Shown: in pieces, positions 1-8,273 of the stretch | Layout: every line of letters starts with the position of its first letter | How positions within the stretch are numbered: position 1 is the first letter of the stretch | Origin: Phycisphaerales bacterium | Lineage (GTDB): Bacteria; Planctomycetota; Phycisphaerae; Phycisphaerales; SM1A02 | Assembly (NCBI GenBank): GCA_022446905.1 | Contig: JAKVBT010000008.1 | Coordinates: forward strand, 94,748 to 158,747 | Length of the DNA: 64,000 nt | Direction of reading: 5' to 3' | Notes under the pieces: generated by a model | Seen by the model: the letters and a program-made list of their open reading frames with translations, nothing else | Told to the model about the DNA's origin: nothing | Databases searched by the model: none | Program-made: the position numbers and the translations under genes

Positions 1-619
1 CACCTGGTTTTTCGCAATCACTACGAATGTCTACCGGTGATGCATCAACCCACCCAACTCCATCTTCATGGAATCCACACCGCACGAATCGTGGTCTCGA
101 ATGATCGCACATCACCCCAGGACCACCTGCATTGGATGGATTGTCATGAAACCAGCAGTCCATAAACACTGGCGCCCCTTCATCTACAAACGCAGCTGCA
201 GCCAATTCCGCGGTGTTGCCAACAATCAGGCACTGCTCGATTCGAGGCGAGGCCCCTTTGATCCAAAGGCCTCCCCCTCGAGAAACCCCATCATCCCCAA
301 TCGGCCCACGACCACCCACAATGGTCAAGCCACGCAGCACCGTGTTGGAGTTCTCGCTTGAGACACACCGAAAGACCGGTGACCCGCCATAAATGGCCGT
401 GAATTCTGCCCCATGTATGCCTTCAATCGTCACAGCCTTGCCAAGCAGATCGATGCCGCCATCAAAGACACCCTGATCCACCAGGACAAGATCGCCGTCA
501 CTGGCGGCATGCACCGCCTCTTGTACGCTCGGAAAGTCTTGAGGCACCTGAATGACAACACCCTGGTGCGTAAACACACCAAACGCCATTGCAGTGACAA
601 TATCTACCAAGTTCCCCAT
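1..619 (-). CDS. right-handed parallel beta-helix repeat protein, N-terminal part (gene runs off the left edge of the window)
   Basis: My own minus-strand translation from the ATG at 619-617 gives MGNLVDIVTAMAFGVFTHQGVVIQVPQDFPSVQEAVHAASDGDLVLVDQGVF...TIEG...LRGLTIVGG...IEQCLIVGN...FHDNPS. The frame stays open to position 2. It is absent from the ORF track because there is no stop in the window. The pattern resembles pectate-lyase-fold/NosD-like proteins. Confidence 0.5.
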   Translation of the reverse strand, partial: MGNLVDIVTAMAFGVFTHQGVVIQVPQDFPSVQEAVHAASDGDLVLVDQGVFDGGIDLLGKAVTIEGIHGAEFTAIYGGSPVFRCVSSENSNTVLRGLTIVGGRGPIGDDGVSRGGGLWIKGASPRIEQCLIVGNTAELAAAAFVDEGAPVFMDCWFHDNPSNAGGPGVMCDHSRPRFVRCGFHEDGVGWVDASPVDIRSDCEKPG

Positions 620-725
620 GCAAGGTCATCCCTTCGCCGCTCTGATGCGACGTCAGACACCTTATGGCAGCCTAAAGAGAATGCCCCCACCCATGACCAA
701 AACGCGACACCAATCAAGCATTGGA

Positions 726-1826
726 TCAGCGCGTGCTCATGTCCTGAAGACAACCATCCTCATCATAGACAAGTTTTCGATCCCCACCTGAAGTGGTATA
801 GGACTGCACGATCACAGTTCGTCCATGAATAGCGGTAATCACGGGCGTTGGCAGCGCCTGATCGAGTGGATGCGTCAATTGGAGTTCTGACAATGCGGTC
901 GGACTACTTTCGTGTGTTGCGTGATATTGCTCCACTGCATCAATCAGGCGCCGCATTTGCGCGCGTGCCTCTGTATCGGCTGGCACCTGAAAGCCTTCTA
1001 CACCGTGAGATGTGGCGACAAAGTGCACAAGCCCCCAATACTCTGGGCGATGCATGTCGATGGCTCCCTGCGGTGACCAGACCCAGTTGTCCTCACGAAG
1101 ATCTTTGATCTTGTGATACTTGTCCTGTCTGATATCTGCCTGCCACTGCACGCGAGAAAAATTCACCCACCATGTATCGCGCGCGCGGGGCGGACAAGCC
1201 ACCCCTGCCGTATCTGCCATGGAAGACCACGGGATGGCCACTTCAACAACCCATTGCTCATCTTGATCAGATGGGTCATTGATGGTGCCCTGAACGCCAA
1301 CAGCAGACCGCACTCCTTCAAAATCCCATGTGAGGTCGTAGTTGCCACCACACCGATAGGGGCTCGACATGCGCAGGTCCATCTCAGTTCCAAGCACGTT
1401 GATTTCATATTCGTTGTAGCGACAACGATCGCCATCTGGATCGATGAAGATCTCAAAGTCATTGTCGTGATAGATAATGGCGTCGCGATCTGTAAGCGTT
1501 CCCCACAAATGCGGCTCTTCCATTTCTGCAGCTACGTAAAAGTACTCATCATCCCAGCACATCTTGGCCCGTGTCTCAAATCGCGGCCGAGCCTTTGCAT
1601 TGCCTTCAATGTCGATAAAGGCGGCCGTCCATGCTGCAGAATTCCACGCGGCATCATCAATTCGACCATCAATCTGTGGCGGCTGCGTGACATGATCGGC
1701 TGTGTAGATCCGCGGATGATCTGCTGGGAGCGGACGATCTGTCTGGGGGCCCACCGTCGCGCAGCCCACCAATGTGGGCACCAGCAGACTGAGAATCCAA
1801 ATGCTTTTGAAAAATCGGATATGCAT
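726..1826 (-). CDS. carbohydrate-binding family 9 (CBM9/DOMON-like) lipoprotein
   Basis: An internal Met gives a lipoprotein signal, MHIRFFKSIWILSLLVPTLVGC. The body has DGRIDDAAWNSAAW...FIDIEG...MCWDDEYFYVAAEMEEPHLW...DNDFEIFIDPDGD...YEINVLGT, typical of CBM9-like domains. The longest ORF extends to 1931. Confidence 0.6.
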   Translation of the reverse strand: MHIRFFKSIWILSLLVPTLVGCATVGPQTDRPLPADHPRIYTADHVTQPPQIDGRIDDAAWNSAAWTAAFIDIEGNAKARPRFETRAKMCWDDEYFYVAAEMEEPHLWGTLTDRDAIIYHDNDFEIFIDPDGDRCRYNEYEINVLGTEMDLRMSSPYRCGGNYDLTWDFEGVRSAVGVQGTINDPSDQDEQWVVEVAIPWSSMADTAGVACPPRARDTWWVNFSRVQWQADIRQDKYHKIKDLREDNWVWSPQGAIDMHRPEYWGLVHFVATSHGVEGFQVPADTEARAQMRRLIDAVEQYHATHESSPTALSELQLTHPLDQALPTPVITAIHGRTVIVQSYTTSGGDRKLVYDEDGCLQDMSTR

Positions 1827-1873
1827 GATCAGGATGGTACTGGGGGAAGTGTGGCAGCAATCTTCGCGACCGT

Positions 1874-2947
1874 ATGATGCCATCGCGGATGAATGTATCG
1901 CTGACTCAACTCGATGCGTGCGCCCCACCAAGTGCTCCTAGCCATACGCAGCGCCGCGATGTTCTCATTGACGCACATGGCCGTACAATCGAAGATCTTC
2001 GCCTGAGCATTACTGATCGGTGCAATTTCCGCTGCATCTACTGCATGGAGCCGGATGACCGATTTCTGCCCAAACGCTCGCTCTTATCATTAACTGAGTA
2101 TCTCAACATTGTCGATGCCGCCATTGACATGGGCGTACGCAAAATTCGCATCACTGGCGGCGAACCGACGTTGTACCCCGAACTTGACACCCTCATTCGC
2201 GAACTCGGACGTCGACCACTGGATGACATCGCCATGACAACCAATGGCTGGTGGCTCGATGCAACCCGACTGACCTGCTGGAAATCTGATGGGCTCACTC
2301 GACTGACCTTCAGCCTAGACACCTTGCGTGAAGAACGCATGGCCGTCATGACTCGAAGTAAGACTTCGGTGCAGGAGGTGCTGTCTTCTATTGACAAAGC
2401 TGCACACGCTGGTTTTCCCCAGGCAAAAATCAACGTCGTCGCATTGCGCGGCCAGAATGATGATGAGTGCGCTGATTTTGCCGACCTTGCCAGGTCGCAC
2501 GACTTACATATTCGATTCATTGAGTTCATGCCGCTTGATTCAGGACGGTCTTGGCAGCCTTCACACGTTTTCAGTGAACGTGAGATGGTCGAAGCCATCA
2601 GTCGCCGACATCCACTGCAACAGCAACCCACCACCAATCCACACAGCACTTCTCTTGAATATGTTTTTGCTGACGGCGCTCCTGGGAAGATCGGCATCAT
2701 TGCATCGGTCACACGACCATTCTGTGGAGCCTGCAATCGACTTCGCATCACCGCCGAGGGGGCAGTACGACCATGTCTGTTCAGCAATCAGGAATGGGAC
2801 CTTCGCCCTGTCCTGCGTGCAGGTGGGGGGATCGCAGAGATCAAAAAATTCCTCCGCGATGCGACCTGGACTAAACAGGCTGGTCACAGCATTGGGCAAG
2901 ACGACTTCCGCCAGCCTGACCGCAGCATGTCCGCTATCGGCGGCTGA
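1874..2947 (+). CDS. moaA: GTP 3',8-cyclase (molybdenum cofactor biosynthesis protein A)
   Basis: Radical-SAM motif CNFRCIYCM, GGEPTL, and the C-terminal second-cluster motif CGACNRLRITAEG. The start may lie a few codons downstream. Confidence 0.9.
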   Translation: MMPSRMNVSLTQLDACAPPSAPSHTQRRDVLIDAHGRTIEDLRLSITDRCNFRCIYCMEPDDRFLPKRSLLSLTEYLNIVDAAIDMGVRKIRITGGEPTLYPELDTLIRELGRRPLDDIAMTTNGWWLDATRLTCWKSDGLTRLTFSLDTLREERMAVMTRSKTSVQEVLSSIDKAAHAGFPQAKINVVALRGQNDDECADFADLARSHDLHIRFIEFMPLDSGRSWQPSHVFSEREMVEAISRRHPLQQQPTTNPHSTSLEYVFADGAPGKIGIIASVTRPFCGACNRLRITAEGAVRPCLFSNQEWDLRPVLRAGGGIAEIKKFLRDATWTKQAGHSIGQDDFRQPDRSMSAIGG

Positions 2948-2956
2948 TACCGCTGG

Positions 2957-4000
2957 GTGGCCGCTACCATTGGCCCTATGGCTGATCCACGTCTCCCGAT
3001 GAATCCGATGGTGCTCGTGCGATGCTGCATTGGGGGCATGTTGATGGGCCTCGCCAATCTAGTGCCCGGCATCAGCGGTGGCACCATGCTGCTTGCCACT
3101 GGCGTGTATCGTCGATTTGTCGACGCCGTTGCCCGGATCACGACTTTCCGCTGGTCCGCTGGGCCAATCACCACACTGGCGCTCATCGTCTTTGGCGCGG
3201 GTGCAGCCATTTTGTTCGGCGCAGGGCCAACACGTGATTTGGTGCATCACCATCGGTGGGTGATGTTCAGCCTGTTTCTCGGCCTAACGCTCGGTGGCGT
3301 TCCACTGCTCTGGCGGCTCCTCCAACCAATTCGCCTGGCTGGCACGATTGGCTTTGTAGTGGGCGTCATTGCCATGGTGGGACTGGCCATTCTGCAATGG
3401 TCTGGCGCTGCGCTCAGTGGCAGCGAAAGCAATTGGCTGATGCTGGCACTGGCTGGTCTCGTGGCTGGAGCTGCCATGGTGCTGCCAGGTCTCTCCGGTA
3501 GTTATGTGCTGCTCATCCTGGGCCAGTACCTCATTATTCTTAGTGCGATTGAAGACACCAAGGCAGCCTTGAGTGGCGATGGTGAACTTGGACCAGCACT
3601 CAACATCATTATCCCGGTGGGTCTTGGTGCCGTCATTGGGGTAGTTGGCATCTCAAACGGCGTGAAGTGGTGCCTTGAACATGCCCGCCAGGCCACCCTG
3701 GGTGTCTTGATGGGCCTTCTGGTGGGTGCGGTCCTCGGACTCTGGCCATTTGAACAACCCCGAGAACCAGCAGTTGGCGAGACGATTCGCGGGCGGGTCG
3801 TGACCGAAACCATGCTCGAGGATGGTTCGATCAAACCGCATCACTGGCCAACAGAACATTTCGCCCCACCTATGGGGCAGATCGCTTCAGCGATTGGATT
3901 GGTGCTGGTGGGTTTTGCAGCTTCTGTGGGCATTGGCATGATTGGCGGACAGGAAGATGAGGATCTGGACGCCACTGACGGAGAGGCTGCCGTTGGCTAG
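2957..4000 (+). CDS. DUF368 family membrane protein (polyprenyl-phosphate transporter-like)
   Basis: Polytopic membrane protein with the duplicated motif LVPGISGGTM / VLPGLSGSYV that characterises DUF368. Confidence 0.75.
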   Translation: MAATIGPMADPRLPMNPMVLVRCCIGGMLMGLANLVPGISGGTMLLATGVYRRFVDAVARITTFRWSAGPITTLALIVFGAGAAILFGAGPTRDLVHHHRWVMFSLFLGLTLGGVPLLWRLLQPIRLAGTIGFVVGVIAMVGLAILQWSGAALSGSESNWLMLALAGLVAGAAMVLPGLSGSYVLLILGQYLIILSAIEDTKAALSGDGELGPALNIIIPVGLGAVIGVVGISNGVKWCLEHARQATLGVLMGLLVGAVLGLWPFEQPREPAVGETIRGRVVTETMLEDGSIKPHHWPTEHFAPPMGQIASAIGLVLVGFAASVGIGMIGGQEDEDLDATDGEAAVG

Positions 4001-4257
4001 CAGCCCCTCCCCCAAAGACACTTCACTGCCACAGATGACTTGATTGGGGGAAATCTGGTCACTTTTGTCCCTCGCCACCTATGGCAAAAACCGCCTTTAT
4101 ATTGCCAAAAAAGGGGTTTGTCGCCACAGCAAGCCCCCATTTGGGCTTCACAGGTGACCAAATGCGCAGAATCTGGTCAGATCGACAAACACCGCCCTTT
4201 GAACGCCGTAGTAGGTATTGAACGGGAAACGTGAATGAAACACCCCACCCGTTTGAT

Positions 4258-4310
4258 TCTCCTCTCTGACTCTTCTCCTCTCTGACTCTCCTCTCTCCTC
4301 TCTCTCCTCC
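4258..4310 (+). repeat. pyrimidine (CT) tract: 16-nt unit TCTCCTCTCTGACTCT in two tandem copies, followed by CCTCTCTCCTCTCTCTCCTCC
   Basis: Read directly: unit 1 at 4258-4273, unit 2 at 4274-4289, degenerate CT tract at 4290-4310. Confidence 0.9.
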
Positions 4311-4345
4311 ACCGGCCTCGCGTAAGCGAGGCCGGTGGAGTTTTT
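4307..4345 (+). terminator. Rho-independent terminator
   Basis: Perfect 14-bp stem CTCCACCGGCCTCG / CGAGGCCGGTGGAG with loop CGTAAG, followed by TTTTT. The reverse orientation has no U-tail. Confidence 0.8.
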
Positions 4346-5164
4346 GTGTGGCGAGCCCAAAACCCTGCCCGGTGAGGTGGAAACCAGTGGTTTTTTCTGA
4401 GAATGCTGAATCAGATCACATACGAACCGCCCCACCCCATAGGTGAGTGTGAGAGGTCCGCTCACACGCCATGACTGCTGTGTACCGCGAACCACACACC
4501 AGGACTGGAGCGTCCCCGGATGCACGCTTCATGAGCCACCGCAGGTATGGCCCGTGCGAACGCCCCCGATCGCGCGGGCCTACTGCCTTTAATGCCTCAG
4601 ATCTCGAAACCGGCGTAAAAGTCCGAGAACGTTCGCACTTCGTACATCACCACACCAGTATGCCGAGAATCGCAAACAGTCCGCACTGCCTTGCTGATGA
4701 CCGATATTTCATCCACTCCCCCAATACCTTCCATGAATCGGCATTCACACACGCACCGCTACCTCCGTCACTTCAACATGTGATCTTTTTCACGAGGAAC
4801 TCGATGCCATTTCAAATGCATACAGGCACGCTGAAACTGCAGCACGAGGTCCAAATCAACCGACTGAAGAGTGGACGTACGCCGAATATGAACTCGGCGG
4901 CAGTGCCACGGACTAGACGAATGACAGATCAGCATCACACGTATCAACCCCAGCACAAGATCGGCGAGCACGAATCGTCGACGCATGCCCCCCTTCCAGC
5001 CACACCACCAGGCCCACGTCCACTCAGAGATGATCGCCTCGCACGGACAATGTCCAACGCACTGCCGCTCATCACGACCTGCGCCGGATTGTCACGCTTG
5101 CGTCTGCAACAGACTGCCTGATTCGTCCCGCATCGTGCCCGATCACGCTAGGGTGATCTGGAAC

Positions 5165-5608
5165 ATGACACGCCCCATCCTTCAACTACAGTGCTGCCAC
5201 CCCGGCGCGACGATTCCGAAGTATCAGACCACTGGCGCTGCAGGCATGGATCTCCATGCCTGCCTTGATACTGATCGTATTGTTGAGCCCGGCAGCATTG
5301 AAACGATTCAAACAGGCATCATCATCGCACTGCCATCTGGGTATGAGGGTCAAGTTCGTCCAAGGAGTGGACTTGCCAGCAAATATGGGATCACACTTCC
5401 CAATGCACCTGGGACTATTGATGAGGATTATCGCGGTGAAGTTTCTGTACCACTGATCAATTTGAGCCAGAAACCATTTACGATCGAGCACGGCATGCGC
5501 ATTGCGCAACTGGTCATTGCACCGGTCGTTCAGTGTGAAATCATCACGGCTGAAACGCTTGAATCCACTGAGCGTGGCGTTGGTGGCTTTGGGTCAACAG
5601 GTCACTGA
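5165..5608 (+). CDS. dut: dUTP diphosphatase
   Basis: AAGMDLHA, RSGLASKYGI, GTIDEDYRGE and RGVGGFGSTG motifs. Start set at MTRPIL (ATG 5165), because the upstream extension of the ORF is compositionally implausible. Confidence 0.9.
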   Translation: MTRPILQLQCCHPGATIPKYQTTGAAGMDLHACLDTDRIVEPGSIETIQTGIIIALPSGYEGQVRPRSGLASKYGITLPNAPGTIDEDYRGEVSVPLINLSQKPFTIEHGMRIAQLVIAPVVQCEIITAETLESTERGVGGFGSTGH

Positions 5609-5624
5609 AGATGCTTGACATCAC

Positions 5625-6326
5625 TCAGGAAGAAACGCCAACCACAGCCGACAAGTCATCAAGCCCAATCGGTTCCGCCGCGTAGAACGGCTCCGCCGAG
5701 GCAACTCCGATTCGACTGCCAAAGTATCTTCCTGCAGCTTCCAACCAGTCCACAATTCGGCGGTTCTTCTCCGGCACCACAAACTGTGATTCATATGCCA
5801 GAATCGCCTGCCGCTTGACATCCTCATAGCCACTGATGTCCATCAGAAATGATGGCTGCGGCACGATACGCAAATGTGTGCAGTAATAGTGAAAGAGCCA
5901 ACGTGGATAGATCGGCTCACCTGGAAGATCAATCTTGGTAAGTTTGGCGTCGAATCGGGCATCTTCAACGATGCGCGTCACGGCACGATGATCAGGATGA
6001 GCATCCTGTGCGTAGGGGACAAACAGCACATCAGCCTGATGTTCACGAATGATGCCCGCCACAGCATGCCGCGCTTCCAGCGTGTGTTCTACACAACGGT
6101 TGGTGAGACCAACCTGCACACGACGCACACCAAGCAATTCTGCTGCCGCAATTGCCTCAGATGCTCGGACCTCTGGATTACCGTGCGGCGTCGGCTCACC
6201 ATCAGTCATGTCGACGAGCAATACATCGTGACCAGCCCGCGACATCCGCGCGATGGTGCCACCCATGCCGAGTTCCTGATCATCTGGGTGTGGTCCGAAA
6301 ACGAGTACACGTGCCATCGGCGGCAT
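5625..6326 (-). CDS. PIG-L/LmbE family deacetylase (BshB1-like)
   Basis: VLVFGPHPDDQELGMGGTIARM...VDMTDGE and a later AHPDH motif. Confidence 0.8.
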   Translation of the reverse strand: MPPMARVLVFGPHPDDQELGMGGTIARMSRAGHDVLLVDMTDGEPTPHGNPEVRASEAIAAAELLGVRRVQVGLTNRCVEHTLEARHAVAGIIREHQADVLFVPYAQDAHPDHRAVTRIVEDARFDAKLTKIDLPGEPIYPRWLFHYYCTHLRIVPQPSFLMDISGYEDVKRQAILAYESQFVVPEKNRRIVDWLEAAGRYFGSRIGVASAEPFYAAEPIGLDDLSAVVGVSS

Positions 6327-6341
6327 GGTACGCCCTGCACC

Positions 6342-7430
6342 TCAACGACCAACGATTTTGAGCACATCAGCAGCAGCGCGACGCACTTGGCTATCGCACT
6401 GTGGTGACAAATTTCCAGTTGCACGCTGGGCATCACGCTCCCGAACACGCTCTATAAGTACCCACCCAGACTGACCAACCATGCGACCTGGGCGCCATCC
6501 CACACGTTGAATAATGTGGTGTTCAGGCCAGTTAACTGCCATCAGTGCTTCCAGCACTGCCCCATCTTCTTCCTCCCGCTTCACGATCCGCTCCATATCA
6601 GCGGTGATCTTGGCGGCGGAAACGCCCCCAGCCGTGATCTGCTCAGCCATCGCGAGCAGCTCCTCACGCTTCCAGCCTTCCAGCGCAGCAAATCGGCTGG
6701 CTTCAGTGACATCTACCAGCGCAGATCGCAAAGCCGCTAGTTCATGGAGCCGACGCAGTAGAAACCGGGCCTGAGGACTATTCCATGGATCATCACAGTC
6801 CATCAGCCATGAGGCCTGACGTTCGATCAATGCCAACCGATCCTCGATCTGGCGATCGACTTCACGGACTGCCAACATCAACGCACGAGGTCCCTTTGGA
6901 CAGGTGATCTCCAGGCTATCCGACAATGTATCGAAGCTTGCTGCGAGTGCTTCAAGCACCGACTCAGAAGCGGGCGGGTCCCCCGTCAAGGCAGTGATGC
7001 CTTGCCTAAGCGCACGCCGCGTCTGATAGTGCCAACCAAATGATGTGACCCGTTCAGCAGCGCGGCGGAGACCGCCGACACCGCCACGATGCTCGCCTGA
7101 ATCGAGACGCTCCGCAAAAGCCTCATTTGCCAATCGATCAAGTAATGAAACAGGATCCTGATCCTTGATCGATGGACTATCAAGCCATGCCGTCTGCGAT
7201 GCTCCCACACCTTCCATCCAAAGGTCTAAGTGATTTCGGACATCGATCAATGCTGCAGTACGCACCAATAACGCTTTGTTTTCGCTTTCCAAAGCCGCTG
7301 TAATTTGACGAACCAAAAGAAGTCTGACGACTGCCCTGCGATATGCCGTTTGATCATTGCTCACTGCAATGAGCTTATTCCGCTCATTGCGGAGCGCCTT
7401 AAGATCACGCTGCACCCAAATCGGCAGCAC
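6342..7430 (-). CDS. hypothetical protein (predicted all-helical)
   Basis: Long ORF with protein-like composition, tightly packed between truA and the deacetylase gene. No motif recognised. Confidence 0.5.
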   Translation of the reverse strand: MLPIWVQRDLKALRNERNKLIAVSNDQTAYRRAVVRLLLVRQITAALESENKALLVRTAALIDVRNHLDLWMEGVGASQTAWLDSPSIKDQDPVSLLDRLANEAFAERLDSGEHRGGVGGLRRAAERVTSFGWHYQTRRALRQGITALTGDPPASESVLEALAASFDTLSDSLEITCPKGPRALMLAVREVDRQIEDRLALIERQASWLMDCDDPWNSPQARFLLRRLHELAALRSALVDVTEASRFAALEGWKREELLAMAEQITAGGVSAAKITADMERIVKREEEDGAVLEALMAVNWPEHHIIQRVGWRPGRMVGQSGWVLIERVRERDAQRATGNLSPQCDSQVRRAAADVLKIVGR

Positions 7431-7433
7431 TGA

Positions 7434-8273
7434 TCAATCCCCCTTCGCCCGCGCATCGGCCAATTGCCGTTGGCGACCACATCCAGGAGGGCCGTATCGA
7501 ATCCACTGCAGACACAAACCTTCAGGAGGCATGGTTGGCCCGGCCGCGGCACGATCACACTGCCTCAAAATTTCAGGGATTGAATCAGCACTTCGACGTC
7601 CAGCACCAATATCCACCAGCGTTCCAGCAATGATGCGGACCATATTCCACAGAAATCCCTCTCCTTCAACATCGATGTGAAGGGCACGGTCAGCATCTGG
7701 CACAACCTGACACGCTTGCACGCAACGCACCGTGGATTCTCGTCCATGATTGAGTCGTGTAAAGGACGCAAAGTCGTGCGACCCGGTGAGATCATCGGCA
7801 GCCTGCTGCATGTCCGCCAGATTCAAGTTGTATGGCACCCATGTCACCCAATGCCGATCAAACAATGGGCGATCCTGCGCCTCACGGCGCCCCCATGCCA
7901 CTTGATACCGATACCCCTTTGCTTCGACATCCCCAATCACGTTGAACTCTGGTGACACTTCCTCAGCTGACATGACTCGAATGTCATCAGGAAGTCTCGA
8001 TGAGATTGCTGCTGGCAAACGTTCGACTTCTATAGCGGTGCCACTTTCAAAGGCCGCAACTTGACCGCGCGCATGCACACCTGAGTCGGTTCGAGAGGCG
8101 CCATGCACACTGACAGGCTCGCGCACAACCTCGCGGACCGCTTTCTCTAGAACCTCTTGCGCCGTGCGTAAGGGGGGCTCGTCAGGAGGATGCTGTTTCT
8201 GCCAGCCGTGAAAGTGTGTGCCGTCGTAGGCCACCGTCAGCTTGATGCGCCGCGCAGCCATGCCGCAACTCAA
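7434..8273 (-). CDS. truA: tRNA pseudouridine(38-40) synthase
   Basis: KLTVAYDGTHFHGWQKQ and the catalytic-Asp motif SRTDSGVHA. Confidence 0.9.
   Translation of the reverse strand: MSCGMAARRIKLTVAYDGTHFHGWQKQHPPDEPPLRTAQEVLEKAVREVVREPVSVHGASRTDSGVHARGQVAAFESGTAIEVERLPAAISSRLPDDIRVMSAEEVSPEFNVIGDVEAKGYRYQVAWGRREAQDRPLFDRHWVTWVPYNLNLADMQQAADDLTGSHDFASFTRLNHGRESTVRCVQACQVVPDADRALHIDVEGEGFLWNMVRIIAGTLVDIGAGRRSADSIPEILRQCDRAAAGPTMPPEGLCLQWIRYGPPGCGRQRQLADARAKGD

Larger units (their letters stand above)
4040..4345 (+). ncRNA. candidate small RNA or long 3'UTR-derived RNA with a CU-rich seed tract (5' end not defined)
   Basis: No credible ORF between the DUF368 stop at 4000 and the terminator at 4307-4345. 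The CU-rich repeat sits immediately 5' of the terminator. The 5' boundary is a guess. Confidence 0.3.

Noticed and set aside
1827-1873. Possible Moco riboswitch upstream of moaA
   Set aside because: The divergent intergenic space is under 50 nt, too short for the Moco RNA motif of about 130 nt.
2038-2787. 249-aa minus-strand ORF
   Set aside because: It is antisense to moaA, which has radical-SAM motifs in the plus frame.
4257-4345. Possible CRISPR or microsatellite array
   Set aside because: There are only two 16-nt units with no spacers, followed by a degenerate CT tract and a terminator. No cas genes are present. Not a CRISPR array.
4148-4525. 125-aa ORF on the minus strand across the CT-repeat and terminator
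   Set aside because: It reads through the reverse complement of the CT tract (giving EEREERGESERRR low complexity) and through the terminator hairpin. This is an artefact of the repeat.
4610-4640. AAAGTCCGAGAA motif reminiscent of the RNase P RNA GGAAAGUCCGG core
   Set aside because: The flanking sequence does not reproduce the conserved P4/J-regions I remember. I could not build an RNase P-like fold by eye.
4471-5121. 216-aa ORF on the plus strand upstream of dut
   Set aside because: The translation is dominated by His/Arg/Pro/Thr with no hydrophobic core or motif. It runs into the N-terminal extension of the dut ORF in another frame. Treated as non-coding.
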